Position numbers and translations under genes: made by a program. Below are positions 60,438 to 64,000 of a stretch of 64,000 bases of DNA, piece by piece. The notes under the pieces are model-generated. The model worked only from the letters and a program-made list of their open reading frames with translations, was not told the DNA's origin and searched no databases. Origin of the DNA: Mobula hypostoma (taxonomy: Eukaryota); NCBI RefSeq assembly GCF_963921235.1, contig NC_086108.1:106642001-106706000 (forward strand), written 5' to 3'. How positions within the stretch are numbered: the stretch's first letter is position 1; each line of letters starts with the position of its first letter.

Positions 60438-60988
60438 GAGATACAGTGCAGAATTGACCCATTCAGCCCCTCGAGCCGTGCCACCCAGTAATCCCCGGAT
60501 TTAATCCTTGCCTGAACATGGGCCAATTTACAACAACCAATTAACTTATCTACTGGTCCATCTTGGGACTGTGGAAGGGAACTGGGGCACCCAGAAGAAA
60601 CCCATACAGTCATGGGGAGAACGTACAAACTCCTTACAGGCAGAGGTGGGAATTCAACCCTGGGTTGCCGGTGCTGTAAAACGTTGTGCTAAACAGTACA
60701 CTGCCATGCTGCCCTAAAATAACTTATTTACAGCCCTTCTGACCCAATGAGCTACTCTGCCCAGCAATCCATCTATTTAACAGTAGAGTAATCACTGGAC
60801 AATTTACAATGACCACTTACCCTACTAACCGGTATGCCTTTGGACTGTGGGAGGAAACGAGAGCATCTGGAGGCAGCCCACGGGGTTCATGAGCAGAACA
60901 TATAAACCCCTTACAGACAGCTCTGGAATTGGACTCCAAACTTCAAAACGCCCCAAGCTGTAATAGCGTCGCTCTAACCACACGCTAA
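60438..60988 (-). mobile_element. Two tandem V-domain SINEs with CR1-type tails
   Basis: tRNA head, V core and CR1-like 3' end (CTGCACTGTATCT); similar copies at 35130-35295 and 46370-46720. Confidence 0.75.
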
Positions 60989-61604
60989 TGAAATGTTTCC
61001 AAAGGAAAGATGCATCATGAAATCTTCAGAGAACAGCTCCTGTTGGGGGCTATTGAAGTGAATGAACCATGCTTAGAAGTCTGGTTGCTGAAACAGCAGG
61101 GGCGACATTTATAGAGGCATTCTCCCTGTGGCTTGCCCTTTCACTGAATATATAGCAGTAAATCAAGAAAACTGTAATGGCAGGCTTACTTAAAGATGTC
61201 ATATCCTAATGTTCTAATGCAAGAATGATATTTGCTTTGTTCTGCTCTTGTTGCGCACACAATGCGATCCTCGATACATAAAGTAGATGTAAATAGATGG
61301 ATCTGATTAGCTTACTCAGCTTAATTGTTAGAGGCTTAATCAGCAATTACTGTGGGGTCAGAGAAATATCCTGCTGAATTTACGCTTAATGGATTAGTTT
61401 GTGTAATTGACTCTACAAAAGGTGGATTGTGCACAGTGTTTGGAAAGAGTGAGCTCTACCTTTTAACCTTTGCATTCTTCCAGTATTCATGTTGAAATGA
61501 AAATGAAATCAGATGCTTGAAGTCTGGAACACTGGATAAAATCGGTATCTATTGTGGAGACAGGAGATGACATTGCTGCTGTTGCTGCTTTGCTTAACCT
61601 GGAA

Positions 61605-62840
61605 GAACACAGAACACAGGACGCTACAGTACAGTACAGACCCTTCAGCCCACAATGACGTGCCAACCTTTTAACCAACTCTAAGATCAATTTAACCCTT
61701 CCCTCCTACATTGATCTCCATTTTTCTATCATCCATGTGCCGATCTAAGAGTTTCTAAATGTCCCTAGTATACCTGCCTCTACCATCACATCTTGCAGGG
61801 TATTCCACGCACCCACCCAATCCAGTCTGTGTAAAAAACCTACCCCTGACATCCCTCTCTAAACTTTCATCCAATCACCAATAAAATTATGCACTGGCCT
61901 CTCTTTACTTCCTCTGACATCTCTGTAAACTATCCTACGTTCACCAAACCAATCTTGCTTAAAGTTCAAAGTTCAAAGAAAATTTATTATCAAAGTACAG
62001 TACATACATGTCACCATATGCAACCCTCAAACTAATTTCCTTGCGGGCATTCAGGGTAGATGCAAAGAAATACAATAGAATCAATAAAAATGCACACGGC
62101 AAAGATAAACAACGAATCTGCAAAAGACAATAAATTGCAAATACAAAATAATAATAATAATAAATAAACATGAGTTGTAGAGTTCTTGAAAGTGTGTCCA
62201 TTCATTCTGGATTCAGTTCAGTGTTGGGGTGAGCGGAGATGAATGAAATTATCCCCTCTGGTTCAGAAGCCAGCTGGGTGAAGTGCAATAACTGTTTCTG
62301 AGCTCTTTAAATTCAGTAAAGTCTCTGCCTCCTTAACCACCCCGGCAGAGTGTTCCACGCACCCACCACTCTCTGTGTGAAAAACTACCTTTGATATTCC
62401 CCTATTCTTTCTTCCAACCATCTTAAAATTATGCTCCCTTATATTAGCATTTCAGCCCTGGAAAATTACGTATTTGGCTGTCCACTAGATCAATGTCTTT
62501 TATTATCATGCACAGCTCTATCAAGTCACCTCTCTTCCCCCTTTATTTCAAAGGGAAAAGCTTTAGCTCACTCAGTATTATTTCATAAGATTGCTGTCTT
62601 ATCCAGGCAGCATCCAAGTGAATCTCCACTGCACCCTCTCTAAAGCTTCTACATCCTTGCCATCATGATGCAGCCAGACAGAGCACAATATTCCAAGTGT
62701 GGTCTCACCAGAGTTTTATAGAGCTGCAGCATTACCTCACGGTTCTTGAACTCAATCCCCCGACACCTGAAGGCCAACATCGTATATGCCTTCTAAACAA
62801 CCCTATCAATTTGCACGGCAACTTTGAAGGATCTATGGAT
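61605..62840 (-). mobile_element. Old CR1 3' fragments (61605-61890, 62330-62840) flanking a Rex-type tail (61960-62300)
   Basis: Reverse-complement similarity to CR1 and Rex 3' ends. Confidence 0.65.
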
Positions 62841-64000
62841 GCGGATGTATGCAGGAGGTTAGGGATGGAGATCGCCTGGGGAGAAGAGGACTGAGGGAAA
62901 TACAGTGTATAATGTCTCTACTGAAGGTGCCCTTGCCTGCTTGGGTGAGTGTAATTTAATGATATGCATTTATCATGTAGTTAGAATGCATGATTGTAAT
63001 AATAATTAGCTCATTAATGTGTGATTTGAAATTGGCGCTCTGAATGTACAATAATTCAATCAGAGCTAAAAAAAGAGCTAACAATTCCATGGAATTTTTT
63101 CTTTCAAAATATCTCAATATAATTTTCTATTACTAACTTATTTAAAGCTTGTTACACAGCTGGCATTTAGGAGAGAAATGATGGTCCTCCATCTCCGTCT
63201 GTACAAAAGGATTCTTTATCACTGTTTCCATAACAATAGTTCTTTGTCCAGTCAGTGTTGTTAGTTCTGAGCTGAACACCCAAATCTGAGTGACTGGTAG
63301 ACCACTCTTAGTCTGGCCTCTATGCTTTGACCTATTTGTCATGGGTGACCCTGCCCAAAACACAAGGCCCTGACTCCAGCCAACATAGCTCCCCAGGTCA
63401 TTGAAGCATGTAAGCCTCCAAAACTTACAAGGTTGTGGTCCTCTTGGAGGGTTCTATCACTAAAGTAATTTATTCTCTAAGAGAATGATCCTGTGGATTA
63501 TTATGAGAATGAACTTGGGAATGAAAGTGTTAATGTATGAGGAGCATTTGATGGCTCTGCACCAGTACCCACTGGAGTTTAGAAGAATAAGTAGAGGGGG
63601 TCCTGTTCCTGTTAATCCCAAGGCCCTCCATTAGTTGGGGGTTGAGAATAGATGTTTTGTCATAACAGTCTACGTGATACGCAAGCCATGGTAGTACGAT
63701 ATAGAGAGCAAGCTGTTGCCCATGTGGACTCCCCTTCACTATGCAGCTGGTGAATCCCAAGAAACAGCAGAGATTCCAGTGTCACAGGAGTTGCCAGTTG
63801 GCTTTGGACCTGCAGGACTGCCTTAGGGAAACCAGCTCCAGATTTTTCCGTAGGGTTTACACCCAAAGCCTTCCCCATGAGTGGGCATAGCCTCAAAGCA
63901 GTGGAGGTTTGAGATCAGGGTCTTCTTTCTCCTAGGTGAGCTGCCAACCACGACTGACGAGCCCCATCTGCCCAAAATGACGCGTTTTAAGGCGCCAGTA

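Overview
Eukaryotic, repeat-saturated vertebrate DNA. The repeat mix (CR1, Rex1/Babar and V-domain tRNA SINEs with CR1 tails) suggests a cartilaginous fish, probably a ray or skate; this is inference. I recognise no host protein-coding gene, and almost every long ORF in the track is a broken retrotransposon frame. The window holds many nested CR1 and Rex1/Babar LINE fragments, one L1 with a 5' inversion and a 15-bp TSD, a HERO/NeSL-like restriction-endonuclease LINE fragment, RTE fragments and RTE-5'-derived elements, 4-5 solo LTRs, Tc1-derived elements and tRNA/V-SINEs. The most striking signal is a dispersed family of Penelope-type termini carrying a minimal type-I hammerhead ribozyme (AGTC-CTGAnGA-stem II-GAAA-CGTC-GACT). 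It has about 9 copies, including a young 323-bp TSD-flanked cassette at 48143-48465 with three ribozyme cores in tandem and inverted arrangement. Other leads are a tRNA-like Pol III cassette inside a solo LTR, a ~650-bp non-autonomous AAGATGGCGGC/(TCTAA)n retroposon family, and candidate minus-strand exons at 32.5-33.0 kb. Boundaries of old repeats are approximate (tens of bp); boundaries defined by a TSD were read directly from the sequence.
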